Source of the DNA: Eledone cirrhosa | Taxonomy: Eukaryota | Assembly: GCA_964016885.1 (NCBI GenBank) | Contig: OZ024743.1 | Span: 255,750,001 to 255,814,000 of the forward strand | Direction of reading: 5' to 3' | DNA: 64,000 nt | Shown: positions 1-13,717 of the stretch, one piece after another | Layout: each line of letters begins with the position of its first letter | Position numbering within the stretch: position 1 is the first letter of the stretch | Notes under the pieces: generated by a model | Told to the model about the DNA's origin: nothing | What the model saw: the letters and a program-made list of their open reading frames with translations, nothing else | The model's database searches: none | Made by a program: the position numbers and the translations under genes

Positions 1-103
1 TATGAGCAAGACATAGTCATCCGACCCATCTTGCCTTTAAATGGGACCGATCTAACCCATGCTAGTGTGGAAGATGGACGTTAATCAATGATGATGATGA
101 TGA
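1..103 (+). mobile_element. 3' tail of RTE LINE or RTE-tailed SINE
   Basis: ACCCATGCTAGTGTGGAAGATGGACGTTAA followed by (GAT)n, matching the tails at 58300-58356 and 59960-60028. Confidence 0.8.
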
Positions 104-443
104 TTGCTATTATTACTTTAAAACTCGTTTATAAAACAAAATAACTGAAACAATGCATATGTTCATATTAAGATGGCTGAACTAACAAACTGAGAGGACA
201 TATTAAGATCTTCCCAGTGAAACACGTGTATTCAGAAAATGCACTGTTGATGTAATACAAGCAATTTATATAACACAATTCGTCTCTCAGCTTGAGTGCT
301 CTAACAACTTTGTATATTTATTACGAAATTCAAATCCATTATATACATATATATTGTCTAACCCATTCTAGCATGGGAAAATGGACGATAAGCTATGTTG
401 ATCATGATATGAGTGAGTATGTGTTTGTGTATATATTATATAC

Positions 444-480
<37 letters not shown>

Positions 481-485
<5 letters not shown>

Positions 486-738
486 TATGTACACGTACAT
501 ACATATATGTATACAGACGTACAGTAGTATGTATATTTGTCAGTATTGAACAAACGAGCAACGATGGTTGCTAGACACTATGGCTTAATACAGGATGTTT
601 GTTTACAAACACACCGAGCATTATAATAAATGTTCGGTGAATCCATACGTACATATATATATGTGTGCATGTATGTATATATATATACATACTACTGTAC
701 GTCTGTATACATATATGTATGTACGTGTACATACTTAT
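481..738. repeat. Perfect 56-bp inverted repeat with ~146-bp spacer
   Basis: 481-536 is the reverse complement of 683-738. Confidence 0.9.
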
Positions 739-796
739 ATTTAAGTAACAGCCGTACTAAGAGTGGGAAATGAAATTCTGTTTCATTTTTTCCGTT

Positions 797-900
<104 letters not shown>

Positions 901-911
901 ATTACAAATTT

Positions 912-1723
912 GAGTTAAAGACCCACAATCATCCCCTATATTTTAATGAGCTCAAGGAACAGATTGTGGGTCCTTTATAAATCAGCATACAGAGAGAGGT
1001 ATACATAAAGATATGTTTTCACATACTTTATTTTGAGCATGTCCAGATGTTATAGTAATAATTGAATGGTTAGTTCCTTTTAATATATTCTTTTAATTAA
1101 TTTGTATTCCCCATTCCCTTTGTAGTTAATATGTTCCTCACACTGATGGTTTTCTGTCTCCTATAATTGAACACATATCTCAATGTGTACTTCTCTCAAT
1201 ATGCTGATTTATAATAAGCCCGGAATCTGTTCCTTGAGCTCATTAAATTACAGGGGATGATTGTGGGTGTTTAACTCTACTTTTGATATAATTGTTCCAG
1301 TTTCATTTGTATATATGAGTAGAGCTTCTTAAGTTGAATGGTTCTGAGCTGTTGTTTTTAGCAGACTTAGGTCTATTCACACCACCATGGACTATAAAAT
1401 GTACATATGCTTTGTCTATACCATGTGCGTTTTTTTAGTTATCTGATAGAGTTTTAGAAGTGAAGACTGTATTGATAGGGCATCCGCCGTTGGGCTACAC
1501 TACAATATGTAACTTACACTTGAAATAGCAAAACATGCTCTATTTTGAGTGTGTCCAGGTGTTTTAGTTATAATTGGATGGTTAGTGCATTTTAATATAT
1601 TCTTTTAATGTATTTGTATTCACCATTCCTTCCATAGTTAATATGTTCTTCACTCTGGTGGTCTTAAATCCCTTATAATTGAACACATATCTCTATGTGT
1701 ACTTCTCTCTATATGCTGATTTA
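912..1723. mobile_element. Inverted plus partial tandem repeat element, PLE pseudo-LTR-like architecture
   Basis: 912-1016 is an imperfect inverted copy of 1173-1277; 1021-1211 is imperfectly repeated directly at 1533-1723; flanked by microsatellites. Confidence 0.55.
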
Positions 1724-1790
1724 TCTATATGTATCTATCTATCTATCTATCTATCTATCTCTCTATATATATAATAGATCTATATATATA

Positions 1791-3513
1791 ATAGATCCAA
1801 CAGAGGGACCAGCTATTGAGATTGACGAATATAGGGTCCAAGAGGCGATTAAGGAAATGAAAAAGGGTAAGGCCGCTTGACCATTGGGGATAGTTGCTGA
1901 GATGCTGAAGGCGTCAGTGGACGTAGGCACTAAACTGGTTGCACGCTTCATCAATCAGGCTATATATGGTGGTGTCATACCCAAAGACTGGTGCAGCAGT
2001 ATTCTCATAAATTGCTACAAAGGTAAAGGGGATGCTCTGGAGAAGAGCAATTATAGGGACATAAAACTGATGGATCAGGTCATGAAAGTGGCAGAAAGGA
2101 TATAAGCACAACTAATTAGAGAAAGGGTCAAACTAGATGAGATGTAGTTTAGTTTTGTGCCTGGGAAAAGTACAACGGATGCCCTCTTCTTAGTGAGACA
2201 ATTACAAGAGAGGTTCTTAGAGAAGAATAAGCCACTATACTTAGCTTTTGTTGACCTAGAGAAACCCTTTGATAGGGTACCCCAATCTGTCATCTGGTGG
2301 TCCCTAAGGAAGCTAGATGTTGAGGAATGGCTTGTGACAGTGCAAGCTTTGTACAAAGGTGCTGTCAGTAAAGTGAGGGTAGGAATGGAGTTTAGTGAGG
2401 AATTCCAGATACAAGTAGGTGTACATCAGGGTTCGGTCCTCAACCTGCTCTTGTTCATTATAGTCCTCCAAGCAGTAACAGAGGAGTTTAAGACTGGCTG
2501 TCCATTGGAAATTCTCTATGCCGACGATCTGGTTCTTATAGCAGAATCAGTAGAGGAGCTAGAGAATAAATTCTGGCTATGGAAACAGCAGTGGGAAGCA
2601 AGAGGACTGAGAGTGATCCTAGCTAAGACAAAGGTGTTGATGAGTAGAAAAGAGGACAAAACTCTGATTACATCAGGGAAATGGCCATGTCCTATATGCA
2701 GAAAAGGAACTGGCATAAATTCTATAAAATTCTACACAATCCAGATCTTGGGTACACAAGAGATGTAGGGGGATAGCAGGCAAACTAACAGGTAGGGAGA
2801 AATATGTATGCAGTAGATGTACAGGGAAATTTGACATTAGAAGACGCATTGATATACATATTTTTCAAATGCAGGTGGGTTCTATAGAAGTGGTTGATAA
2901 CTTCCGGTACCTAGGTGATCAGATTAGCATGGGAGGGGATGTGTTCGGAGGCCATAGTATCTAGAATAAGGACATGTTGGAGGAAGTTTAGGGAGCTGCT
3001 TCCTCTGCTGACGAAGAAGGGTTTCTCCCTGCGTACGAAAGGCCGGTTATATGATGCCTGTGTGAGGTGCACAATGATGTATGGTAGTGAGACATGGACA
3101 GCAACTGCATAGGATATGCGACAGCTGGAGAGAAATGAAGCAAGCATGCTCCGTTGGATGTGCAATGTCAATGTGCGTGAATGACCAAACATAGATGAGT
3201 TGAGAAAGAAACTGGGTATAAGAGGGATAAGTGGTGGTGTGCAGGAGAGAAGACTGAGATGGTATGGACATGTGATGCGCATGGAGGATGACCAATGGGT
3301 GAAGAAGTGCCAAGAAATGCCAGTTGAAGGAAAACGTAGTAGAGGAAGACCATGAAAAGCATGGGCGGAGGTGGTAAGAGCAGACCTTAGATCGCTGAAG
3401 CTCACGGAGGAGATGACGAAGGACCGTGACAAGTGGAGAGATGCTGTGCTGAATAGGACCCATCCCTTGCAAGTAGGGAAAAGCGGATGTAAAATGATGA
3501 TGATGATGATGAT
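1791..3513 (+). mobile_element. 5'-truncated, decayed RTE LINE (same family as 28091-31504)
   Basis: RT motifs FVDLEKPFDRVP, GVHQGSVL, LYADDL; MMYGSETW; stops and frameshifts; (GAT)n tail. Confidence 0.95.
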
Positions 3514-3704
3514 ATATATAATTTATATAAGTATATATATATAATTTACATATATATATATATATATATAATTTATAAATGTATATATATATAAATTATA
3601 TATATATAATTTACATATATATATATATATATATATAATTTATAAATGTATATATATATAAATTATATATATATAATTTATATTTGTATATATATATATA
3701 TATA

Positions 3705-5272
3705 TCATCATCTTCATTTAGCGTCCATTTTCCACGCTAGCATGCGTTAGACAGGAATTGTCCCACCTGAGGCAAGGTTGGTTGGGTGACCGAGTCTCGC
3801 TCATATAGGACTATCTAGCCGGTTTTCTACGGCTGGATGCCCTTCCTAACACCAACCACATTTACAGTGTGGAACTGGGAACTTTTTACCGTGTTACCTA
3901 CACGGCCGCTTTACAGCGTGGACTGTGTTTTTTGTCGTGACACCTACACAATCTCGATTTCATTATCTCCTGCTGTTGGTGGGAGTGGGAGGATAGGGTA
4001 GGTGTAGTGGATTGTGGTGTATATTTGGTTAAGAGGTCCTTACTGACTCTAGGATTCACTTTGTACATAGGCAAGGTTATTCTTCAGTATTACTGCGTAG
4101 CGCCAAAGATCTCGGTCCAGAGACATTGTCTTAGAGAGATTTAAGTGCGTAAGATCGGAATTTATCAGATCATCCCATGTTTTTCTGGGTCTACCTACTC
4201 TGTAACTACCATAAATTTTGATTGCCCTTCACTTTTTTATGCAGCTGTCGTCTTTCATGCGCATCACGCGACCATACCAACATAGTCTTCTCTCAAGTAA
4301 ACAGCATCTGATCCCTCTTATTCCTAATTACTCATTTAGTTCATTTATGCTTTGCCGTTCACGTATATTACTATTACACATCCAACGGAGCATACATGCT
4401 TCGTTCCTTTCCAGTCTACGCAGGTCCTCTGCACGTAATGCCCATGTTTCACTGCCATGTAGCATTGTTGTTCTTATACAGGCATCATACAATCTTCATT
4501 TCATTTTTAGAGAGAAACCTTTTGTGGCCAACAGCGGTATAAGCTCTCTGAACCTTTTCCATCCCGTTCTGACTCTGGCTACTGTACTTTCAGAACACCC
4601 TCCACCACTGTTGATTTTGTCACCCAGGTAACGGAAAGTGTCTACTATTTCTATAGAACCATCTGGGCAATAGAAGGAGCTAGTATCCTTTGGACACTTG
4701 CTACTTATTTCACCTGAGCATTGGCCACATATAAAGTCTACATTCTTAGATAGTTTACCTGTGATCCCACTACATCTTTTATGTACCCATACTTTGCATT
4801 TGGGACACAAAATGGAATTTCTGCCTACTCCTTTCCTACACACTGAGCATGGCCATTTCACTGAGGGCACTTGTGCCCTATTTTCCTTTCTACAAACTAG
4901 AACTTTAGTATTCGACAAGTTAACTTTAAGGCCTTTTGATTCTATGCCATGCTTCCATGTTTCGAATTTCTTCTCTAGTTCAGCCATTGATTCAGCTATG
5001 AGCGTTAGATCGTCGGCGTATAGGAGTTCCCATGGGCAGCTGCTCTTGAACTCCTCTGTTATAGCCTGAAGGGCAATAATAAATAAGGGGGGGGGGGGGC
5101 TAAGGACAGCCTTGGTGAACGCCAAATTTTACACTAAATTCTTCACAATATTCATTGTTAATTCTAACCTTACTGACTGTTTCATTATACATAGCTTGTA
5201 CAGCTCTCACAAGCCATTCATCTACACCTAGTTTTCTAAGAGCCCACCAGGTAATGGAGCGGGGGACTATGT
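3705..5272 (-). mobile_element. 5'-truncated RTE LINE (related to 43617-47300 and 55553-58356)
   Basis: ORF 4496-5125 with WELLYADDL and Cys/His finger; 3' UTR and (GAT)n tail at 3705. Confidence 0.95.
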
Positions 5273-5306
5273 CACTTACTTCTTTTTTTACCAAAGGAAG
5301 GGAGAT

Positions 5307-5350
5307 AAACTGACAGATCTGTTTCACACTGTTCATGTTCATCAGAGCCT
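5307..5350 (-). ncRNA. Type I hammerhead ribozyme
   Basis: Minus strand AGGCT-CTGATGA-ACAT(gaaca)GTGT-GAAAC-AGATCT-GTC-AGTTT: intact core, helix I and II pair, palindromic helix III ACAGATCTGT, GUC site. Confidence 0.85.
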
Positions 5351-5493
5351 AGTACTCGCCGACCTCTGCTAAAAATTATAGAGGCTGGATTTTTATAGAA
5401 TTCCAGAAATAATCAGGAACTGATTATGCCAAGCGATTGCCTTTCCAGCAAAAATTAAAAATTAGGATTTGTGTGATATATAATATATATATA

Positions 5494-5530
<37 letters not shown>

Positions 5531-5692
5531 ATATATATATAGAATTAGCCGTCGAAACGGCTTGAGCTCAGCCGTCGGGGTCTTACTTGTTCCTATTGCC
5601 CACTCTACTACCCTAAGTATGGAGTACTTTGGTGCGTTATGGTCCACCTGGTTCCTTACCACATTTCCTTCGATATATATATATATATATAT

Positions 5693-6033
5693 ATCATCAT
5701 CATCATCATCATTTTACGTCCACTTTTCCCTGCTTGCAAGGGTGGCACGGGAACTGATTCTGGCTTGATTTCTACAGCTGGATGCCCTTCCTAACACCAA
5801 CCTCATGTACAGTGAGTGCTGGGTGGTTTTTGCCGTGGTACCTTCATGACCACTTTGCAGTGGAATGATAAGGACCCCAGTCCCTATCATCTCATTTCTA
5901 TAGCTGAGTAAACTGGAACAATGTGAAATAAAGTATCTTGCTCAAGGAAACAACACATCACCCGGTCTGAGAATTGAACTCACAACCTTTCGATTACAAG
6001 GCCAATGCTCTAACCTCTAAGCCATGTGCCTCC
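5693..6033 (-). mobile_element. tRNA-derived SINE with CORE-like middle and RTE-derived tail
   Basis: A box TGGCTTAGAGG, B box GAGTTCAATTC, TGTTTCCTTGAGCAAGATACTTTA body, RTE tail with (GAT)n. Confidence 0.8.
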
Positions 6034-6045
6034 ATATATATATAC

Positions 6046-6815
6046 TTAAGGTAAACATTGATGCAATTTAAGTCAAGCACTCAATGTACTTTTCCACATA
6101 GGAGTGACGGAGTATATATCGAATAAGAAAAAGCGAAGTAGTTTCAGATGTTAAAGTCCTTTACTGATAATGCTGTGATACATATTTCAATGGCGACAGT
6201 GGCCACACGGTTCCATGCGCCAGTGCCGCGACATCGTCAGACAGCTTGTTACATAATAAAGTTATGTTTCCGAGGCAATCCAAATTGTTCCCTTGTGAGT
6301 ACCAATTCACTAGCCAGTTACCCTTCTCAACCAAACAATGATCCATCCAGACCTGTAGTATGACACGGTTATAGCTTACTGCTAGCCACCCTGTTAGTGG
6401 CAGTCGTCCGAAAGCTAGTGGGGTTGGGAGAGTATGCATATCAATAGGTTTCAATACTACCCTAAATTAAGCATGGACAGAAGAATTGACCATCAACCTC
6501 TAAGAGAATATATACTTATTTCTATGTATTATGGTTTCACAGTGGAAATTATGAATGAGAGTTGGAAATTAAAACTACAAATTAAAAATCAAAAATTAGA
6601 AATCAACAGTTAAAAAATTACAAGTTAGAATCTAGATTGGAGTGAGTAAACAAATATATACACATATAATAACTAATAAATAGGAAGATGTTTAAGTAAG
6701 AAGTTTTGAAAGGGGGATCAATGTTACAGATATATTATCTACATACTGAACGATAGTACCGTACAGTAGAACAGAGGGTAAATTACAGTATGAAGGTAGT
6801 AGTTAGGCGAATACA
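6046..6815 (-). mobile_element. Non-coding hammerhead-bearing element, probable PLE 3' UTR/pseudo-LTR
   Basis: Lies between TA tracts and carries a hammerhead ~130 bp from its minus-strand 3' end. Confidence 0.55.
6172..6245 (-). ncRNA. Type I hammerhead ribozyme with extended helix II
   Basis: GCTGT-CTGACGA-[long GC-rich hairpin]-GAAAT-ATGT-ATC-ACAGC: perfect 5-bp helix I, AUC site. Confidence 0.85.
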
Positions 6816-6827
6816 TATATATCTATA

Positions 6828-6905
<78 letters not shown>

Positions 6906-6968
6906 ATATGTATATATATATATATACATAATAATTGTAAAATGTGGAGATGGAGCACACGAGTTGGA

Positions 6969-6995
<27 letters not shown>

Positions 6996-7000
<5 letters not shown>

Positions 7001-7400
7001 ATAAGTAGAAAAAGACGATTATTAGAAAGAAACAAATTCTTTTTTTCCCTTTTATTTTTTTCACTATTTTTTGGGGTTAGAAAATGTTTAAAACAAAATA
7101 TTTTATGTTGTGTGAAGTGTTAAGGTATTAGTTAATTTATTTATTAATTAACAATGGCATTTATTTATTTATTTATATATTTAATAATTGTCTATTACCG
7201 GTTTCAGCATTATATGCATTATCTAAGGGTGGAATTTATATTGGTGTAAAATGTTGGAGAGAAAATTATGTGATATTGAACATGTTAAGAAAATGAGGAA
7301 GAAAGAATAATAGTATTTACAAAGAAGGTTTTTGAAGTAAAAAGATAAAAGAAAAAAAAAGGGGGTGATGTGGAACATAATAAGGTAATGGGAAAGAAAG
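6996..7400 (-). mobile_element. Terminal module shared with 34307-34510, with a non-canonical hammerhead-like motif
   Basis: 6996-7196 aligns with 34307-34510; minus strand TAGATAA-tGCAT(ata)ATGCt-GAAAC-CG-GTA at 7225-7196. Confidence 0.55.
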
Positions 7401-7448
7401 ACTATATATATAATTTATATATGTATATATATTTATATATACATATAT

Positions 7449-7619
7449 ACACTGTAAATGTGGTTGGTGTTAGGAAGGGCATCCAACTGTAGAAAACCTG
7501 CCAGACAGTCCTATGCGAGCAAGAAAATCACTCTTGCCTCAAGTGGGACTACCCCCGTCCAAACCCATGCAAGCGTGGAACACGGACGTTAAACGTTGAT
7601 GATGATGATGATGATGATG

Positions 7620-7621
<2 letters not shown>
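7449..7621 (+). mobile_element. Short young RTE 3' fragment
   Basis: Near-identical to 58187-58356 (one substitution seen); (GAT)n tail; inside (TA)n. Confidence 0.9.
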
Positions 7622-7650
<29 letters not shown>

Positions 7651-7651
7651 A

Positions 7652-7783
7652 TTATTAAAATAACAGATTTAATACTTTAATCTGTTATTTTAATAAATAT
7701 TTGCTCTACGGTTCTTATATATTTGATATATATTTATCCTTATCGAGCCCTCTTTGGATTTTAGTCTTCAAATTTATTATTAT

Positions 7784-7787
<4 letters not shown>
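7652..7787. mobile_element. Miniature fold-back derivative of the PLE at 18802-21173
   Basis: 18-bp inverted arms 7652-7669 and 7679-7696, then a tail matching 21083-21173. Confidence 0.85.
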
Positions 7788-7816
<29 letters not shown>

Positions 7817-7820
<4 letters not shown>

Positions 7821-8337
7821 TCTACAGGACTAAAACTGTTTCATTCATGAGAAATCATCAGGGAGCTGGCTGTCCAAAGTAGTAATATTTATATCTTTTC
7901 TTTTCTGGTGGTAGGAGAGGGTGGGGATTGGAATTGAGGGAGGTCATTGGTTGAAGGATTTAAAGAAAAGGGAGTTCATTAAAAGCTAATTCTTTAAAGC
8001 TATAGTATTAACAAAGGCAGGAAGAATACTGTAAACAAAATCATATTTGGAATACCAATCCTAGTTTATCAATTAGACTAACAATGCCTGTAAGATAGGT
8101 GTCTACAGGATGGGTGGGGTTCAATGGTTTAAAGAGAAGGGACATTTTTTAGAAGCTAATTCTTTAAGGCTTGAATAAGGGTGACAAAGGCAGAGAGGGT
8201 ACCCCTTATTGTGAAGTTTCTCTTAATATATATTCCAGGTGTCGACAAGCACATTCACACACTCGTCCAATTACACATGTACACACACATACACGCACGC
8301 ACACACAGGCAGGCACACACACAACAAACATACATAA
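7817..8337 (-). mobile_element. PLE pseudo-LTR fragment, homologous to 21993-22551, with hammerhead-like core at 7822-7866
   Basis: Reverse complement aligns along its length with 21993-22551; CTGATGA-tTTC(tcat)GAAt-GAAAC...GTC. Confidence 0.75.
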
Positions 8338-10255
8338 GGTGGTCTTGATATTTGACCCAGGTCTCGCAGGCATAAAGAAGAGAAGAGAGCACACATGCCT
8401 TGTACACCTTTACCTTTGTCTTCTTGCATATGTCTCGCCGACCCCAGAGTAGCCTTTCTAGCTTTCCGAAAGCATCACTTGCTTTCCTAATCCTGAGTGG
8501 GATTTCATTATCAAGGTTGCTGTATCGATTGACAGTGCTTCCCAGGTAGACAAACTGATCGACCACTCCAAATCTTTTACCTTACACATAGATATTTGGT
8601 TCACTGTACTGCTTACCAGTACAGTGAACGACGGTTTTCTTGAGACTGACAGTCAATCCTAGGGCAGTGCAAGCATCAGAAAATCCATTCAAAATGTGCT
8701 GCATATCACTCTCTGTGTGCACTACAAGATCGCAATCATCTGCATACAAGAGGTCTCTTATGATTGATGTAAATACTTTTGTTTTTGCAGCAAAGCGCCT
8801 GATGTTAAATATGCTGCCTGAGGTTCGATATCGGATGTAAACACCATGCTCGCAATTCCTGAATGCAATATAGAAAACCATTGCAAAGTATATGGCAAAC
8901 AGGGTTAGTGCTGGAATATCCACCTGTTTCACTCCATTCTTTACCGAGATAGGCTCCTACATGTTACCTCCGACATTAACCCAAGCCCACATGTCATCAT
9001 GGAAAGACCTAACTAAAGCAAGGAACTTGTCAGGGCAACCAATTTTATGGAGAACCTTCCATAATGCATTTCTGTTAACAGTATCGAAAGCTTTTGTCAG
9101 ATCGACAAAAACCTGATACAGATCCAAACCTTGTTCCATGCACTTCTCCTGGAGCTGTCTAGCTGAGAAGATCACATCAGTAGTGCCACGTCCAGCATGA
9201 AAACCAGATTGACTTTCAGGAAGAACACAATCTGCAATGTGTGTCAGCAGACGGTTCAGAAGCACTCTACATAAAACTTTCCCTACAACAGAAAGCAATG
9301 ATGTACCTCTGTAGTTCCCACAATCATTCCTGTTACATTTTTCCTTGTACAATACCACCATTACTGCATCTCTCCAGTCCTCAAGTACGGATTCATTAGA
9401 CCATATCCTGCCAAAAAAAGAGTGAAGATGTTGCAGGAGTCTCTCACCACCATATTGTATGAGCTCTGCATGTATGCCATCCATACCTGGAGACCTTCCA
9501 CTTTTCAGCTTCGAGATAGTCACTGCAAACTCCACAAGCGTCGGAGGTTCTGCGAGAGCTACTTTCACAGGACTTTCTGGAATGAGATTGAGGAAATCTT
9601 CATTGACAACAGACGGCTGATTCAAAAGCTCATGAAAGTGCTCTCGCCACCTTCGTAGAATTCTTTGTGAGTCACGAATAAGTTCTTTACCATCTTTACT
9701 GCGAAGCGGTTTCACCAGAGAAGAAGACGGTCCATAAATTTCATGCAAGAGACTGTACAACAGCTTTGTGTTATTGGAATCTGACGCAGTTTGTATCTCA
9801 TCAGCCTTCTCACTCCACCACTGATCCTTCATCTGAGAAAGACTCTGCCTAACACGTGATTTCACATCCTTAATTTCCTTATGCAACATATTCTTCTCCT
9901 GTGGTTTTGCCGTCAAGTAGCGTGATAGAGCACGCCTCTTATCAGCCTACAAGTCTTCTATATGTTCATCATTCTCATTAAACCAGTCTTGCTGTTTTCT
10001 CTGCATTCTCATTAAACCAGTCTTGATGTTTTCTTCCCAGAACACGCCTGCCTACATCATAAACGACTTTTTAAGGGTCGGCCAATCCTCACCAAGATCT
10101 GCAACGTGCATCACTTCTTGAAATGTCCTCTTCACATTTTTATCCCTAAGACGAGCAGCATTCAATCTTCTGGGCAGAGCAACACCAGGAGCCCGGATTT
10201 TACGTTTAGTGATTAGCTTCACTTTTGCGCGTACCAGGCTGTGGTCCGTCCATAC
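8338..10255 (-). mobile_element. Decayed BovB-like RTE LINE, internal fragment (end of endonuclease, RT)
   Basis: WTDHSLV, CGNYRGTSLLS, FVDLTKAFDTV, LLYADDC, LLYACETW; interrupted on both sides by PLE sequence. Confidence 0.9.
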
Positions 10256-10257
10256 GC

Positions 10258-10269
10258 ACATACATACAT

Positions 10270-10322
<53 letters not shown>

Positions 10323-10382
10323 AATATATATATACATTTACACATACACACACACACATATATATATATATATATGTATATA

Positions 10383-10471
<89 letters not shown>

Positions 10472-10472
10472 G

Positions 10473-10520
<48 letters not shown>

Positions 10521-13500
10521 CAATCATACACATACAATCGTACGGCCAGTCATACAAATACGTACATACATACACTCATAAATATACACAAATACACACA
10601 TATATATACAGTATTAAGATGAAGTACGCTCTATATGCGGAAAGAGCAGATAGGTAAGAAGTACTTACATGACCATAGTGCCGTGTTTCGGGTCGAGAGG
10701 GGGTAGGGGTAGGGTGGGAAGGAGGTGGAGGGGTATTTTGTCAAGTGGGGTTAAAAATAAAAAAAAGTTAATCTATTTTAGCTATCTGTCATTAACACTG
10801 GCTTAAGGTATTTGAAAGTTGCAAAGTGTTGTGCATGCAATTTGGGCAGTGTTCAGAGAGTTTGTTCAGTAACGGGTCCTTGGCAAATAATATTTCGTAG
10901 CTCTCTAATATTCAATGGTCGCAGCACTTGTGTACTCCCTTGTATGAACGCGGTTCTGGAGTATTTTCCGTTTAAGCGTGAAGACGGGGCGGGGGAGAGG
11001 AGAGTTCCTTTTGAGGGCCCAGAAATAGGAGGCGAGTGTTATCTGATTTGATTTGTCCGGTTTCTGAAAGTGTGGGTATGGGCATACCACCGGGTCTTAA
11101 AATTATTGGAAGTCATGCCGTTGTAAGTCTTTTTGTTGTTGCTATCATCGGTGCCTGAGATGACATCACATTTGTATACCATGTCATTTGTCAGGCATTT
11201 GTTTTCAAGTGGGCAGGCTTTCTTATTTAGGCAATTGCACAAGGCTTCAGCCCGGGGATTGGGTTCGGAGGTAGTTGGCTTATTTAATTTTTTAGAATTG
11301 AGATTGGCTATATTCCTAGCTAGGTTAAGTGTAGTGGAGTAGGAGGATCTTATTGTGTTCTTATTGAAGATGGTGTAGTACCTATGTTGTATGGGGAAGT
11401 GTGTGTTCAGCAAAGTGAAGAAAGTGCTAGCTATAGTTGTAGAGACCTCTCTATTGAATAGGTGTTGTACCAACTAATCTGCCTATGCCTATTCCTCCTA
11501 GGTAGGCTTGCGGTGGTTTCTAGGTAAGTTATCTGTTCTTTAAATCCACCGCGGGCGAGGGTGTCATTGTAGTAGGAGGCGGGGGCGTTAAATATATCTT
11601 CATTGGCCGAGAGGCCAGAGATTCTAATTGAGACGCGTTTTACTAAGTTATCAGTGATGTTTTGGGGGTGGTTAGAATTAACATTAATATATCTAAGGGA
11701 CTCGTAGGTTTGTGGTACGGGTAATAGAGGGAAGTATCTAGTTCGAGGGTGACATCTAAAAAGTTGGCCCTAGTCATATTAGACTCAATGGTTATACTAA
11801 ATCCTAGATTACGGAAGAACGAGATTAAGTTTCTCCGAAACCCATCAGTGGTTCTGGGGTTAACCTTGTGCGAGGTGAAGAGGCCATCGTCTCGGTATAA
11901 ACCTCCGGTGAGGCCAGTAAAGAGGTTCTTCAGGTGATGTAAAATGTACAGGCCCACGAGGTCGCTTATTTCAGCCGAATCACTCGCTCCCATGCTGACG
12001 TCAAAGGGGGTCTGAGACTTCTTGTTGATCCAGTAAGATCCCTCGTGGTGTAGGAAGGTCTTATGGGCATGGAGGATTACATCTTCCTCAGCGTCAGTTA
12101 TGGTGGTAAAGTTCCTGGCAAAAGTAAGTGCGTCCTTCAGGAGGGCCTCTGAGATAGAAGCATAGTAGTCTATTATGTCGAGTTGCAGGAAGCCAGTGTG
12201 GCATTTGTCGGGCAATTCTTGGAACCAAGAAATTGCCTCAGATGTTCTGCTCCAGAGTGGGAATGGTGAGGCAGCCCGCAATGATGGTAGAACTCTATAG
12301 AGGATCTTTTTGCTGATACGCCGATGTCCGAAGGTTTGGGGTTGATAAGTCTGACTGATGGTTTGTTGAGGAACTTTCCCTTGTGGTTCTTCAGGGTAAA
12401 GTGCGGCGTCTTTACCCTTAAAGATTCCGTTCGGTCGTGTATTTTAAGGGACTTGGCGATTTCTTTTCGGGCCGCATTTGTCTCAGTCAATGCCATCTGG
12501 CATTTTTTTGCCAGCTTATTATAGGTCTGTGGGTCTAGCTCATAAACGTTTTTGGTTTTATCGGAGGAGACATGGAGATTGGGGGAATTTTTTATATTCC
12601 GCATTTCAGTATTTAAGTAGGCCTGGAATGGTGTGTTGGCTCTACGAAATTTGATATATTTGATCATCTTGAAGAGGTCTTCCTCAAATGGTTCAAGTAG
12701 GCTGTTGGTGGGTGGTGCCTTATTCGTTTTGAAGCCAAACTTCTCATCATTGGTAGATGCTACATCAGGGTTGTCGGGGAAGAAGGCTCTCCATCTAATT
12801 CGCTTGATGAACTCGTATGTACGTCTGAGTGTTTTTAGGTAAAGTTTCCTTGTTGGGATGATGATGTTCTTCATGGAGATATCAAGGTCGAGTTTGGTCA
12901 GCATAGTTTCTTGGTGATGGTTATGAGGTGCACTAGGAGTGCTAAAAGATAAGTTATTCCGCGTTGAATCGGAGGTAACCACAGTAAGTAAGGTACTCAA
13001 TACATAGCAGAGTATAAAAGTGGTATGCCCATAACCACTCTTTCAGAAGACCGGATAAATCAAATCAGACAACACTCGCCTCCTATGTCTGGGACTTCAA
13101 AAGGAACTCCAGCCCGTTCATGCTTAAATGGATAATATTCCAGAAGCGGCTCATACAAGGGAGGACACAAGTGCAGGGACCTTTGTATCTCAGAGAGCTA
13201 CGAAATATTATTTGCCAAAGGCCCGTTACTGAACAAACTCTCTGAACACTGCCCGAATTGCATGCATAAAAACTTTGCAGCTTTCAAATACCTTAAAGTA
13301 GTGTTAATGGCAGATGGCTAAAAAAGATTACCTTTTTTTTTTTAAAACTCCACTCGACAAAATACCCTCTCCACATCCTTCCCACCTCACCCCTACCCTC
13401 TCTCGACACGAAACACGGCACTAAGGTCATGTAAGTACTTTTTACCTATCTGCTCTTTCCGCATGTAGAGCGTACTTCATTTTAATATTGTATATATGTG

Positions 13501-13632
13501 TGTGTGTATTTGTGTGTATTTATGAGTGTATGTATGTACGTATTTGTATGAGTGGTCGTACGATTGTATGCGTATGTTTGTGTGTACGTGCGTTTATATG
13601 TATTTACGTATATCTGCATGTGTGTATGTATA

Positions 13633-13717
<85 letters not shown>

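Noticed and set aside
5965-6033. tRNA gene (also at 43400-43485, 51033-51110, 60390-60465)
   Set aside because: A and B boxes are present but run into SINE bodies without a proper acceptor stem
10660-10750. Hammerhead in the arm of the large PLE (TTGACAA...GAAAC...GTC)
   Set aside because: Neither helix I nor helix II can be paired convincingly
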